Origin: Caulobacteraceae bacterium
Lineage (GTDB): Bacteria; Pseudomonadota; Alphaproteobacteria; Caulobacterales; Caulobacteraceae
DNA length: 44,464 nt
Direction of reading: 5' to 3'
Assembly (NCBI GenBank): GCA_035553015.1
Contig: DATNEH010000084.1
Location: 1 to 44,464, forward strand
Part shown: piece by piece, positions 7,951-17,386 of the stretch
How the letters are laid out: the number at the start of each line of letters is the position of its first letter
How positions within the stretch are numbered: the first letter of the stretch is position 1
The notes under the pieces: generated by a model
Databases searched by the model: none
What the model was told of the DNA's origin: nothing
Seen by the model: only the letters and a program-made list of their open reading frames with translations
Made by a program: the position numbers and the translations under genes

Positions 7951-9021
7951 TTAGCCGGCCGTGGCGTTGGCGGGCGGGGCGCCGGTCAGGGTCATCTCCA
8001 GGCGGATGGCGGCGTCGGACGAGTCGGTCAGCGGGCGCACCTCGGCGTAGGCGCCGGTGGCCTCGAGGTCCTGAGTGATCGCCTGGACCTTGTCGAGCGC
8101 TGCGTAGGGCACCGTGACGCTGACCACCGCGCCGTCGATGGCGAACGACTTGGCCGTGACGCCCTTGGCGCGGACCACGCGCAGCGCGGTCTCCAGCCCC
8201 GCCACGGCGTCCGGCCGCGCCGCCAGCGCGCGGAACGCGGCGATGCGCCGGAGGCTGTCGGCGTCGGCGCCCCTGGTCGGCGCGCTGACTTGTTGAAGGG
8301 CGTGCGCCTGGCGCTCCAGGCGGTCGGCAAGGCCGCCCAGGCGCAGCCCCTGTCCGGTCCAGAACGCCGCCAGCACGGCCAGCAGGGCGGCCGCCACGCC
8401 GGCCGCGAGGCGGGCGGCCGAGGCGGGCGTCAGCTCCAGCGCCGACGGCGCGAGGTTGAGCTGCTCGGCGAGCGGCAGCGTCTCCGGCGTCGGTGGCGCG
8501 GTCGGCGGCGGGACCGGCGGATCGCGCTGCAGCCGGGTGAACGCGGCCCAGTCGGCGGCGCTGGGCTGGACGCGACGCCACGATGAGGCGGCGAGCGCGC
8601 GGCCGCGCCAGGCCTGCAGCTCGAATCCGTTGGCGAGGCGCACGATGCGCCACGCGCCGCCGGCTGGCTGGGCCAGCGTCTCCGGCGCCGCCTGCGGGCG
8701 CGCATCGCCGAAGCGGTCAGCGAGATAGGGGCCGACAGTGTCCTCGTCCCACCACCAGACGCCGTAGCCGCCGCCGACGCGGCGCAGCAGCGAGCCCGGA
8801 TTGAGGTAGGGCGCATGGGCGCGCGCATAGAGCCGCGCCGCCTGTCCCGCCGCGCCGCCCTTCGCCGCCGGCTCGAACCAGGCGTAGTGGCAGAGCTCGC
8901 GCGCGATCAGCACGATCGGCCGCCGCCAGCCGGCCCAAGGTCCGGATCCCGGCGCCAGCGGGACGAAGGCGCCCTCCGCGGTCAGCAGCTCAATCGGCGG
9001 GGTCAGGAAACGGCGGGGCAT
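7951..9021 (-). CDS. T2SS-associated bitopic membrane protein, GspL-like
   Basis: Overlaps the gspK stop. N-terminal cytoplasmic domain, one TM (AAGVAAALLAVLAAFW), a coiled coil and a C-terminal ferredoxin-like region. Call rests mainly on topology and context. Confidence 0.55.
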   Translation of the reverse strand: MPRRFLTPPIELLTAEGAFVPLAPGSGPWAGWRRPIVLIARELCHYAWFEPAAKGGAAGQAARLYARAHAPYLNPGSLLRRVGGGYGVWWWDEDTVGPYLADRFGDARPQAAPETLAQPAGGAWRIVRLANGFELQAWRGRALAASSWRRVQPSAADWAAFTRLQRDPPVPPPTAPPTPETLPLAEQLNLAPSALELTPASAARLAAGVAAALLAVLAAFWTGQGLRLGGLADRLERQAHALQQVSAPTRGADADSLRRIAAFRALAARPDAVAGLETALRVVRAKGVTAKSFAIDGAVVSVTVPYAALDKVQAITQDLEATGAYAEVRPLTDSSDAAIRLEMTLTGAPPANATAG

Positions 9022-10003
9022 GCGCTGGGATTTCGGCTCGCTCGGCCGGTGAGAGCTGGGAGGTCATGGGCTCGGCGACCCAGAAGGGGCGCGTTGGATC
9101 GTCCGGCGAGAGGATCAGCCGCGACCGGTAGGCATAGCCCGCCGCCGCGTCCTCCACCCGCAGCGCGATCCGGCCGTTCGGCATGGTGTAGGACCGTTCC
9201 GCGTCGCTGAGCAACTTCAGTCCCGTGGCGCGGCCAAGGTCCTCGAGCTCCGTGAACGGCGCGGCCGCGCGGCGGGCGACTGCGGCGTCGGCCTGGGCGG
9301 GCGTCAGGCCGTACAGCACCACCAGCGTCGTGGCGGTGGCGGTGTTGATGTTGACGGCGCTCGAGCTGGGATCGGCGGTGACGTTGTCGGCGAAGTCGCG
9401 CCAGCGGGCGGCGCCCACCGCCTGGTCCCAGCCCAGGAGGCCGAGCGCCTGCGCGCGGCGGACTAGCTGGCCCTGGGGCGGCGCCGGCAGTCCGGCGCGG
9501 GCGTAGTCGGCGGCGTCGGCCCCCTGCGGCCGCTTCAGGTCAGCGACGTCCATGTAGTCGCCGAGACGGTCGGCCATGGCGGCCTGGTTGGCGGGGCTGA
9601 CGCCCATTGCGGCGAAAAGGCGCGCCCGCGCCGGCGTCGGCAGGTTGTCGAGATTGATGAGGCCGGCCTCGTCCTGCGCCGACAGGATCAGGTCGGGCCC
9701 GGCCGCGTAGGGCCGCCCGTCGAGCGCCAGCAGCGCGGGGGCGTTGGCGGTGGCGCCCCCGAGCGCCGCGGTTGCGCCGAGCGGGCGGGTGGCGACGATG
9801 AAGGCGGCGCGCGCCTCCAGGCTGAGCGCATCGGCCTCGAACGCCACGCCGGTCTTCACGCGGCGGGTCTCGGACGCCAGGCTCGCCAGCGCCTGGATCG
9901 CGACCAGGAACACCAGCGTGACCATCGCCGTCACGAACAGCACCGAAGGCAGCGCGAAGCCCGCTTGGGCGCGGCGGCGGCCGTGGCGGGCGGGGCGCCT
10001 CAC
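8990..10003 (-). CDS. gspK: Type II secretion minor pseudopilin GspK
   Basis: GTG start overlaps the gspJ stop (GTGA) with GGAGG upstream. AQAG|FALPSVLFV prepilin motif lacks E5; QDEAGLINL, DRLGDYMD and VNINTA motifs. Confidence 0.88.
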   Translation of the reverse strand: MRRPARHGRRRAQAGFALPSVLFVTAMVTLVFLVAIQALASLASETRRVKTGVAFEADALSLEARAAFIVATRPLGATAALGGATANAPALLALDGRPYAAGPDLILSAQDEAGLINLDNLPTPARARLFAAMGVSPANQAAMADRLGDYMDVADLKRPQGADAADYARAGLPAPPQGQLVRRAQALGLLGWDQAVGAARWRDFADNVTADPSSSAVNINTATATTLVVLYGLTPAQADAAVARRAAAPFTELEDLGRATGLKLLSDAERSYTMPNGRIALRVEDAAAGYAYRSRLILSPDDPTRPFWVAEPMTSQLSPAERAEIPAHAPPFPDPAD

Positions 10004-10743
10004 GGCGTCACCTCCGATGGCCGCGCACCGGGGACCGGCGAGCCAGGGATCGGCGAGCCAGGGATCGGCGAGCCGGGGATCAGCGAGCCGGGCGCCTGGC
10101 CGTCGGGCAGTTGAGCGCCTTGCGTCCGAGTGTCCTGCGTCTGGGAGTAGAGCCACGGCGGTCCGGACGTCGCCCGGTCGACCCACTCGACCCGCCCGTC
10201 GTCGCTGTAGAGCCGGATGAACACGGACTGCGCGGCCGCCGGTGCGTGCGGCGCGGTCGGCGGCGGCGACCACGCGTCGGCCCACGTCGCGCCATCGGCC
10301 GAGTAGGCAAAGCGCGCCCGCCGGGGGCGCAGGTCGGCCACGACGATCGGCGTCTGGCCGCGCGCCTGGCAGGTGACGAGGTCGCCGCCCGGCTGCGGAT
10401 CGATGGCGATCCTGAGCTGGCCGGCGGGACCGGCGGGTCCGCAGAGGCCGGGGCGGGTGAGGATGGCGTCCGCGGCAAAGCCATGCGCGTCGCCGACGAA
10501 CGGATCCAGCTTCAGCTTCGCCGGGTCGACGCCCGCCGGCGGTACGACCAGCGCCCCGACCAGCGCGCGCAGCTCGTCCTGCGAGACCTCGCCGTCGGCG
10601 ACCGTCAGCGCGCGCCGACCGAGCGCGAAGCCGGTGCGGGCCGCCTGGCCGCCGATCGAGAACACCAGCATCAGGGCGAAGCCGGCGACCACGAGTACGA
10701 TCAGCGCCTCGATCAGCGAGAATCCGGCCGTCCCGCGCCGCAC
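10000..10743 (-). CDS. Minor pseudopilin, GspJ-like
   Basis: VRRGTAG|FSLIEALIVLVV prepilin motif from GTG at 10743; ARFAYSADG..WADAW; directly upstream of gspK. Confidence 0.78.
   Translation of the reverse strand: MRRGTAGFSLIEALIVLVVAGFALMLVFSIGGQAARTGFALGRRALTVADGEVSQDELRALVGALVVPPAGVDPAKLKLDPFVGDAHGFAADAILTRPGLCGPAGPAGQLRIAIDPQPGGDLVTCQARGQTPIVVADLRPRRARFAYSADGATWADAWSPPPTAPHAPAAAQSVFIRLYSDDGRVEWVDRATSGPPWLYSQTQDTRTQGAQLPDGQAPGSLIPGSPIPGSPIPGSPVPGARPSEVTP
10031..10090. repeat. 4 x 15-bp tandem repeat encoding (PGSPI)n in the GspJ-like tail
   Basis: Units GGGACCGGCGAGCCA, GGGATCGGCGAGCCA, GGGATCGGCGAGCCG and GGGATCAGCGAGCCG. Confidence 0.9.
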
Positions 10744-10762
10744 GCCGCGTCGCCCCCCAACG

Positions 10763-10801
10763 AAAAAGCCCCTCCGGCGGCGCCGAGCGCCTCGAAGGGG
10801 C
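10763..10801 (-). terminator. Rho-independent terminator downstream of the beta-helix gene
   Basis: On the - strand: GCCCCTTCG...CCGGAGGGGC stem followed by TTTTT. Confidence 0.72.
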
Positions 10802-10873
10802 CAATTCAAACCACAGATGGCCAAACCGGAGCCAGCCGAATCCGGCAGGCCAGGGCCTCCGCCGAAGCGCGGC

Positions 10874-11635
10874 CTATTCCAGCGGAACAGTCTGCGTCGG
10901 GGCGCTGCCGCCGCCCTTGATCGCGTTGTTGCCGAACGAGATCACCGTGGCGCCGACCGTGTTGGCGATGCCAACCCCGCCGGTGATGGTGTTGCCGGTC
11001 AGCATCATGGTGGCCGTCGACGCGTTCATTTTGATGTTCGTCGCGTTGCTGTCGAGCACGACGTGGTCGAGCTCGACCGTGCTCGGGATGGAGGCGGCGC
11101 CGTTCAGGACGCCGGTGGTGTTGTTCCGGAGGATGGAGTTCTGCACATACACCTTCACCCCGGAGTTCGGCTGGACGTTGACGCCCGTCGTGAACTCATA
11201 AATCAGGCAGTCGAGGATCGCGACGTTCCCAGCCTGCACCACGTTGACGCCGTTGGTCGAGGTGTTGAGCCCATCGATATCCAGGCCGATCAGCGTGACT
11301 TTGTCGGTGGTCGCCGCGTTGATCACGATGCCGTTGCCGGCGCCTGCCAGCACGCCGGCGCGACCGACCAGGTTCTCGCAGTTGATCGTGATCGACTTGG
11401 TGATGGTCAGCTGACCGAAACCACCCGGATCCAGGCATTCGACCTCACCGGCGGCCGCGGTCTTGACGATCGCGCCGGCGAAGGTCTTGCAAGGCGCCGT
11501 GCGGCTGCACGGACTGGTGTCGTCGCCGACGCCGGAAACCCAGGTGCGCGTGGCCTGGGCGGATGCGGGCGCTGCGAAGAGCAGCACCGTGGTCGCAAAC
11601 GCGGCGACCGCCGCGAGCGTGCGCGTCAGTTTCAT
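10874..11635 (-). CDS. Secreted right-handed parallel beta-helix repeat protein
   Basis: Sec signal ending ASA|QATRTWVSGVGDD..PCSRTAPCKTFAGA, followed by Asn/Ile/Val-rich beta-helix-type repeats. Confidence 0.8.
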   Translation of the reverse strand: MKLTRTLAAVAAFATTVLLFAAPASAQATRTWVSGVGDDTSPCSRTAPCKTFAGAIVKTAAAGEVECLDPGGFGQLTITKSITINCENLVGRAGVLAGAGNGIVINAATTDKVTLIGLDIDGLNTSTNGVNVVQAGNVAILDCLIYEFTTGVNVQPNSGVKVYVQNSILRNNTTGVLNGAASIPSTVELDHVVLDSNATNIKMNASTATMMLTGNTITGGVGIANTVGATVISFGNNAIKGGGSAPTQTVPLE

Positions 11636-11964
11636 GGATAAAGGCCCCCTGTTCAGCCGATATTTACCCTTCCACGGCGACGGCCCTGACGCAAGCCCGT
11701 TCGCGCGTCAGGCGTATATCTATGGTTGTGTGAGCAGACCGCATTCCCGGTCTGCTAAGCCCTGTTCCGCATTGCAAGTGTAACAAAATTCTCCCGCCGC
11801 GGGCGGCGATGCACCCTGTGGTGGAGCTCCCAAGGCCGAGCCGCGATGCGCGAGCGCGATCCGATTTGCTTGACCCAAGGGCCTGCCTGTAAGCGATCGA
11901 CGGACAACGAGATCGAGCCGGCCCGCGCTTGGCCGGTCGTCATTGGACCAGGAGAGAGACGGTC

Positions 11965-12891
11965 ATGGGCGTACTGGACGGCAAGGTGGTGCTGGTCACC
12001 GGCGGCGGCAACGGCATCGGCAAGGAGTGCGCGCTGATCGCGGCGCGCGAGGGCGCCAAGGTGCTGGTCAACGACCTCGGCGGCGGCGAGCGCGGCGGCG
12101 ACGAAGGCTCGGCCGGCCCGGCCGAAGCGGTGGCCGAGCAGATCCGCGCCGCCGGCGGCACGGCCGTCTCCAACTCCAAGAGCGTCACCGACATGGGCGC
12201 CGTGAAGGACATGGTCGCCCAGGCGATCAGCGAGCTCGGCGGTCTGCACGCGGTGATCAACCCGGCGGGGATCCTGCGTGACGGCATGTTCCACAAGATG
12301 CCCGACGAGGACTGGGACATCGTGGTCGCCGTCCACCTGCGCGGCTCGTACAACGTCTGCCGTGCGGCGATCGAGCACTTCCGCAATCAGAACGAGGGCA
12401 GCTTCGTCCTCTTCACCTCGACCTCGGGCCTGATCGGCAACATCGGCCAGACCAACTACGCCGCCGCCAAGCTCGGCATCATGGGCCTGTCGCGGGTGCT
12501 GGCGATGGAAGGGGCGTCGAAGAACGTGCGCTCCAACATCATCGCGCCGACCGCCTGGACGCGCCTGATCGCGACGATCCCGATCAAGGACGAGGCGGGC
12601 GCGGCGCGGATGAAGGCGATGCAGCAGGCGTTGCGGCCCGACCAGCCGGCCAAGCTCGCCGTGGCGCTGGCCTCGCCGGCGGCCAAGGACGTCTCCGGCC
12701 AGATCTTCGGCGCGCGCTCGGAGACGCTGGAGCTCTACAGCCAGCCGCGCCCGGTGGAGACCGTCACGTCGGACACCACCTGGACCGTCGAGCAGATCCT
12801 GAAGGAGGCGCTGCCGAAGATGGCGCCGAAGTTCACCTCGCTCGCCGGCCCCGGCCAGCAGCAGCAACAGCAGCAGCGCCAGCCGGCCTGA
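11965..12891 (+). CDS. SDR family oxidoreductase (3-hydroxyacyl-CoA dehydrogenase / MFE2-like)
   Basis: TGGGNGIG, VLVNDLGG, NPAGILRD and GNIGQTNYAAAK; AGGAGAG upstream of the ATG at 11965. Confidence 0.93.
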   Translation: MGVLDGKVVLVTGGGNGIGKECALIAAREGAKVLVNDLGGGERGGDEGSAGPAEAVAEQIRAAGGTAVSNSKSVTDMGAVKDMVAQAISELGGLHAVINPAGILRDGMFHKMPDEDWDIVVAVHLRGSYNVCRAAIEHFRNQNEGSFVLFTSTSGLIGNIGQTNYAAAKLGIMGLSRVLAMEGASKNVRSNIIAPTAWTRLIATIPIKDEAGAARMKAMQQALRPDQPAKLAVALASPAAKDVSGQIFGARSETLELYSQPRPVETVTSDTTWTVEQILKEALPKMAPKFTSLAGPGQQQQQQQRQPA

Positions 12892-13000
12892 CCTGCACGT
12901 CTGGCATGCCGGGGCTGCGGCGACGCGGCCCCGGTCGCCGTACGTGAAGCTGCAACACGAGCGTGGTAACGCTCCGCCGCGAAGCGTCGGGGAGTCGTGA

Positions 13001-13975
13001 ATGATCGATACCAAAGTGTTGTTCGAGCCGCAGGCGAACGTCAGCGGCGATCCTGCCCGCGCGGCGCAGGGTTTCGGCCGCGTCAGCCGCGCCATGGCGC
13101 CGGCGTTCGATCCGGTGCGCGAGGCCGACGCCGCCGTCGCCTACTTCAACGAGCACGGCTTCGTGGTGCTGTCGGACTGCCTGTCGGCGGCCGAGCTCGC
13201 CGAGCTCAACGCGTTCTGCGTGCGCAGCCAGGCCGAGCGTCCGGAAGTCTGGGGGCTCGGCGACCGACGCAAGCCGCACCACCGCAACCAGGGCCTGATC
13301 TACTCGCAGCCGCTGCTCGACTATCCGGAGCTCGACCCCTACACGCGCCCGGCGCGCTCCTACCCGATCGTCTCGCGCCTGCTGGGCGGCGAGGAGCACG
13401 CGCGCTTCGCCGAGTTCAATTTCCGCGAGACGCCGGAGGGCGCGGGTCTGCGCGCGATGAACTTCCACCATGACGCGGTGACCGAGGACCGGCTGGTGCG
13501 CGAGCCCTACGGCCCGTGCGACTGGCTCTGCGCGATCCACTATCTCTCCGACGTCGAGCCCGGCTCGCCGTGCTTCTGCGTGGTGCCGGACAGCCGCCGC
13601 TACGCCAGCCTGCAGGCGGCCTTCGAGGGCCTCGGTGAGAGCTACCGCGAGCAGCCGCTCTACGGCCCGGCCGGGACCTGCGTGCTCTACGACACCGCCA
13701 CCTACCACACCCGCCTCGACGGCGACGGCGAGCGGATGCGGCGCACCTGGCACCAGTACTACGGCCGCGGCGGCTGGCTGCGCACCGAGACGCGCTACAT
13801 CCGCCCGCCGAGCCCGGTGCTCACCGACTGGAACCTGTTCCCCGAACGCCTGGCGATGAGCGCCGACCCGAAGGTGCGGCTCTTCTTCTCGCACTGGAAC
13901 ACGGCGATGGGCGAATGGGCCGCCAGCGGCTTCGACCCGGAGGTCCGCGCCGGCATGCCGCGAGGCGAGCAGTAG
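13001..13975 (+). CDS. Phytanoyl-CoA dioxygenase (PhyH) family Fe(II)/2OG oxygenase
   Basis: YFNEHGFVVL, FHHD (HxD), CVVPDS, GPAGTCVLYD..TYH and a downstream R. Confidence 0.8.
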   Translation: MIDTKVLFEPQANVSGDPARAAQGFGRVSRAMAPAFDPVREADAAVAYFNEHGFVVLSDCLSAAELAELNAFCVRSQAERPEVWGLGDRRKPHHRNQGLIYSQPLLDYPELDPYTRPARSYPIVSRLLGGEEHARFAEFNFRETPEGAGLRAMNFHHDAVTEDRLVREPYGPCDWLCAIHYLSDVEPGSPCFCVVPDSRRYASLQAAFEGLGESYREQPLYGPAGTCVLYDTATYHTRLDGDGERMRRTWHQYYGRGGWLRTETRYIRPPSPVLTDWNLFPERLAMSADPKVRLFFSHWNTAMGEWAASGFDPEVRAGMPRGEQ

Positions 13976-14055
13976 GCGGACGCTAGGCGTCCCTTCCGTC
14001 AGCGTGGCAAAACGATCCTGCGTCCTACGAGATGACGGAAAGGGAGCCCGCCCAG

Positions 14056-14847
14056 ATGACCGATCTCTTCGACATGCGCGGCAAGACCGTGCTGATCACC
14101 GGCGGCAGCCGCGGGCTCGGCCGCGCGATGGCGCAGGGCTTCGCGGAAGCCGGCGCCGACATCGCCATCGTCAGCCGCAAGCTCGACGCCTGCGAGGAAG
14201 CGGCGCGCCAGATCGAGGCGCTCGGCGTGCGCGCCCTGCCCTACGCCTGCCACATGGCGCGCTGGGACGAGATCGAACCGATGTTCGAAGCGGTATGGGG
14301 CCACTTCGGCAAGGTCGACGTGGTGGTCAACAACGCCGGCATGTCGCCGCTCTATCCGTCGCTGCCGGAAGCCAACGAGCGGCTGTTCGACGCCGTGGTC
14401 GGGGTCAACTTCAAGGGCCCTTTCCGGCTCTGCGCGGTGGCCGGCGAGCGGATGTTCAACGCCGGCGGCGGCTCGATCATCAACATCTCGTCGACCGCCT
14501 CGATCAACCCGACCCCGAACACCGCCTTCTACGGCGGCGCGAAAGCGGCGCTGGGCGTGATCTCGCAGGCGGTGGCGGCCGCCTACCATCCGAAGGTGCG
14601 GGTCAACACCATCATCGTGGGTCCGTTCGCCACCGACGTGGCGCAGCACTGGCCCGATCCGCCCAGCGCCGCCAACCCGCGGCTCACGGTGTCGGGGATG
14701 CGGATCGGCGCGCCGGAGGACATCGTCTCGACCGCCCTCTACCTGTCGGCCGACGCCTCGCGCTACGTCAACGGCGCGCAGATCAAGGTCGACGGCGGCG
14801 GCTGGGGCATGGGGCGGGCGCGCTCGGACGCCGACGCGGTCTCCTGA
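14056..14847 (+). CDS. SDR family oxidoreductase
   Basis: TGGSRGLG, NNAG, YGGAK and VNGAQIKVDGG; GGGAG RBS before the ATG at 14056. Confidence 0.93.
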   Translation: MTDLFDMRGKTVLITGGSRGLGRAMAQGFAEAGADIAIVSRKLDACEEAARQIEALGVRALPYACHMARWDEIEPMFEAVWGHFGKVDVVVNNAGMSPLYPSLPEANERLFDAVVGVNFKGPFRLCAVAGERMFNAGGGSIINISSTASINPTPNTAFYGGAKAALGVISQAVAAAYHPKVRVNTIIVGPFATDVAQHWPDPPSAANPRLTVSGMRIGAPEDIVSTALYLSADASRYVNGAQIKVDGGGWGMGRARSDADAVS

Positions 14848-14852
14848 CGCGC

Positions 14853-14875
14853 CTGCTGACGTGGGACGTCAGCAG
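14853..14875. terminator. Hairpin after SDR gene (possible terminator)
   Basis: Perfect 10-bp stem CTGCTGACGT-GGG-ACGTCAGCAG just after the stop, with no immediate U-tract. Confidence 0.45.
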
Positions 14876-15058
14876 CGAGCCTCGGCGTCGCAAAAACGCC
14901 ACGGCGATTCGTGCTATGCTGGCGCTACAGTGTTCGACGGCGCGCCAGGGGCCGGGCGGCTGAGCGCTGGAGTGACTGCTGACGCGCCGCGGCGGGCGGG
15001 ACGGACCTGCTAGTCGGCGCCAAACGTGGCCGGCTCGCCCGGCTGGGGCGCCTTTGCG

Positions 15059-16777
15059 ATGGACCACCGTCTGGAACACAGCTGGGACGACGACGAGATC
15101 GATCTCGCCGACACCGTCGACTTCACGCTGGGCGCGCTGACGCTGTCGCCCTCCACCCGCGAGATCCGCTGGAGCGGCGGCGCCGAGATCGTGCAGCCGC
15201 GGGTGATGCAGGCGCTGGTCTGCCTCGCCCAGGCCGAGGGGGCGGTGGTCTCGCGCGACGAGCTGGTGCGCCGCTGCTGGGGCGGGCGGATCGTCGGCGA
15301 GGACGCCATCAACCGCTGCATCGCCAAGGCGCGGCAGCTGGCCGGGGCCGCCGGCGGCGAGGCGGCCTTCGTCATCGAGACGATCCCGCGCGTCGGCTAC
15401 CGGCTGCGCCGCGCCGTCGAGGTCGCCGCGCCAGTCGCACGCCAGCGGACGCCGTCGCGCGTCTGGCTGCTCGCCGGCGCCGCCGCCTGCGTCCCGGCGC
15501 TGGCGCTGGGCGCCTGGCTGGCCTGGCGACCGGCTCCCACCGCGGCGGCGCCCGCGCCGCCGATGCGCTCGGTCGCGGTGCTGCCGATCCAGAACCTGAC
15601 CGGCGATCCGAAGCTGGAGCCGGCCGTCGACCGGCTGACCGAGGACATCACGTACGTCGCCGGGCGCAGCGGCTACATCAGCGTGCCGCCCCGCACGGCG
15701 ACTTTCGCGCTGAAGGGCAAGCCGGTGGATGAGCGTGCGCTCGGCCGGACGCTCGAGGTGCGCAACGTGGTGATCGGCAGCCTGCGCAGGGACGGCGCGG
15801 GCTTCCGGGTCAACTATCAGATGGTCGACACCGCCACCGGCCAGGTGGTCGACACCCGGGACCTGGGCGTGGCGCGGCCCGACGGCGCGCTGCCCGAGCC
15901 GCAGCTGGCGCTGGCGGTCAACGAGCAGATCGAAAGCGCGATCGACCGCCGCTGGACCGCCGCTGAGCTGGCCAAGGGGGCGGACGACCGCGACCCCGAG
16001 AACATCATGGCCCGCCTACATCAGATGGAGGAAGCGCCTGGCCATTGGAGCGTCGCCGAGACCCAGCGGCTGATCGCCACCGCCGCTTCGGAGATCAAGC
16101 CGGACAGCCCGCTCGCCCCCGAGTTCGATACGATGGCCTGCTGGTACTACCTCGACATGATCGAGGGCGGCTATGCGACTTCGTCCGCGCAGCGCGCCGC
16201 CTGGGCCAAGCAGGCGCTCGACTATGGCGGCGCGGCGACGGCCCTGCGGCCGGATCTGACCGGCGCACACGGCTGCCGCTCCGAGGTGTTCGGCCAGATC
16301 GGCCAATGGGACGCCGGACTCTCCGAGGCTCAGTACATCATCGACACCTATCCGCTGGCGACGACGCCCTACGAGGCGCGCGGCGAGGCCGAGATGGCGC
16401 GCGGCCAGTTCGTCGACGCGGTGCGCGATTTCACGGAGGTTGGCGAGCGCGGCGGCGAGGACGCATCGAGCGCGATCGGCCTGGCGCGGCTGTTCCAGGG
16501 CCAGGACGCCGCCGCGATCCAGACGCTGCAGGCGCGCACCGCGATCGATCCGATGGACGCCGACGCCTACTTCTTCCTGAGCGCCGCCTACGAGCTGACC
16601 GGCGATCACCGCAATGCGCTGACCGCCGCCGACGCCTATCGCCGTGTCAGGAAGGATTCATCGGCGTGGCGCGCGCTCGAGCTGAGCCGCGAGCCGGCCT
16701 ATCTCGGGCCGGCGAAGACCATCCGGACGGCGCTGCACGTCGCCGGCCTCGACGAACCGACGGCGCCCGGAGCTTGA
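15059..16777 (+). CDS. CadC/ToxR-like one-component regulator: wHTH + TM + TolB-like + TPR
   Basis: QPRVMQALVCL..VVSRDEL..CWGGRIVGEDAINRCI..IETIPRVGYRL (Trans_reg_C), a TM segment, SVAVLPIQNL and TPR-like helices. Confidence 0.88.
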   Translation: MDHRLEHSWDDDEIDLADTVDFTLGALTLSPSTREIRWSGGAEIVQPRVMQALVCLAQAEGAVVSRDELVRRCWGGRIVGEDAINRCIAKARQLAGAAGGEAAFVIETIPRVGYRLRRAVEVAAPVARQRTPSRVWLLAGAAACVPALALGAWLAWRPAPTAAAPAPPMRSVAVLPIQNLTGDPKLEPAVDRLTEDITYVAGRSGYISVPPRTATFALKGKPVDERALGRTLEVRNVVIGSLRRDGAGFRVNYQMVDTATGQVVDTRDLGVARPDGALPEPQLALAVNEQIESAIDRRWTAAELAKGADDRDPENIMARLHQMEEAPGHWSVAETQRLIATAASEIKPDSPLAPEFDTMACWYYLDMIEGGYATSSAQRAAWAKQALDYGGAATALRPDLTGAHGCRSEVFGQIGQWDAGLSEAQYIIDTYPLATTPYEARGEAEMARGQFVDAVRDFTEVGERGGEDASSAIGLARLFQGQDAAAIQTLQARTAIDPMDADAYFFLSAAYELTGDHRNALTAADAYRRVRKDSSAWRALELSREPAYLGPAKTIRTALHVAGLDEPTAPGA

Positions 16778-16808
16778 CCTTCTCCGGACGCCGCCGACGA
16801 GGCGTCTC

Positions 16809-17192
16809 TCACCGCTGCGCGATGGATGAAACGTCTCGTCCGTGCGCAAGGGCCAGCGCGCGGGTGGTCTGCAACTGGGCGAGCGCCCGCTGGGTGGCGT
16901 CGGCGCGGCACGCATCGTAGGCCGGCCGGCGGTCGAGATCGCGGATGTCGGGCTCGCCGCCGCACACCTGGCGGGCGGCCACCTCGATCCGGCGCTGCAG
17001 CACGCCGCTCGCGCCGAGCGCTTCCATCTTCAGGTCGTTGTAGCGGACAACGACGCTGGCTGTCTGGGCGAACCCCGGCGCGGCGATCGCCGCGTCGGTG
17101 GCCGCGGCGAGTGTGGCCGCCGCGATGGCCGCCAGGCAGAACCTGTCGACCAGTCGCGTGTGCTTGGGCGTATTGTTGGGGGAGCGGGTCAT
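16809..17192 (-). CDS. UrcA family periplasmic protein
   Basis: Signal peptide, VVRYNDL....G...LQRRIEVAARQVCG and YDACRADA (Cys pair). Confidence 0.82.
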   Translation of the reverse strand: MTRSPNNTPKHTRLVDRFCLAAIAAATLAAATDAAIAAPGFAQTASVVVRYNDLKMEALGASGVLQRRIEVAARQVCGGEPDIRDLDRRPAYDACRADATQRALAQLQTTRALALAHGRDVSSIAQR

Positions 17193-17386
17193 CTTCGTGG
17201 GCCTTGGGCAGCTGTGTCGGGAACGACGCACGGACTCTCGCTGCAGCGGCGGCGCCTGCGACAGGCCGGCGGCCTGACCGGACGCCGACCAATCGCCGAC
17301 CCGAGCCGATCATTCGCGAACGCGACCGCGCCGCGGGGGCCTGCGCCAACCGCTCACTTGACCGGGCCGGGGGAAAAGCCGCTTTG

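Noticed and set aside
10031-10090. CRISPR array
   Set aside because: Repeats are 15 bp, have no spacers and lie in coding sequence; no cas genes are present.
10004-10804. N-terminal extension of the 604-aa ORF that would make GspK a large fusion
   Set aside because: It overlaps the gspJ-like gene in another frame. The prepilin motif, RBS and GTGA overlap place the real start at 10003.
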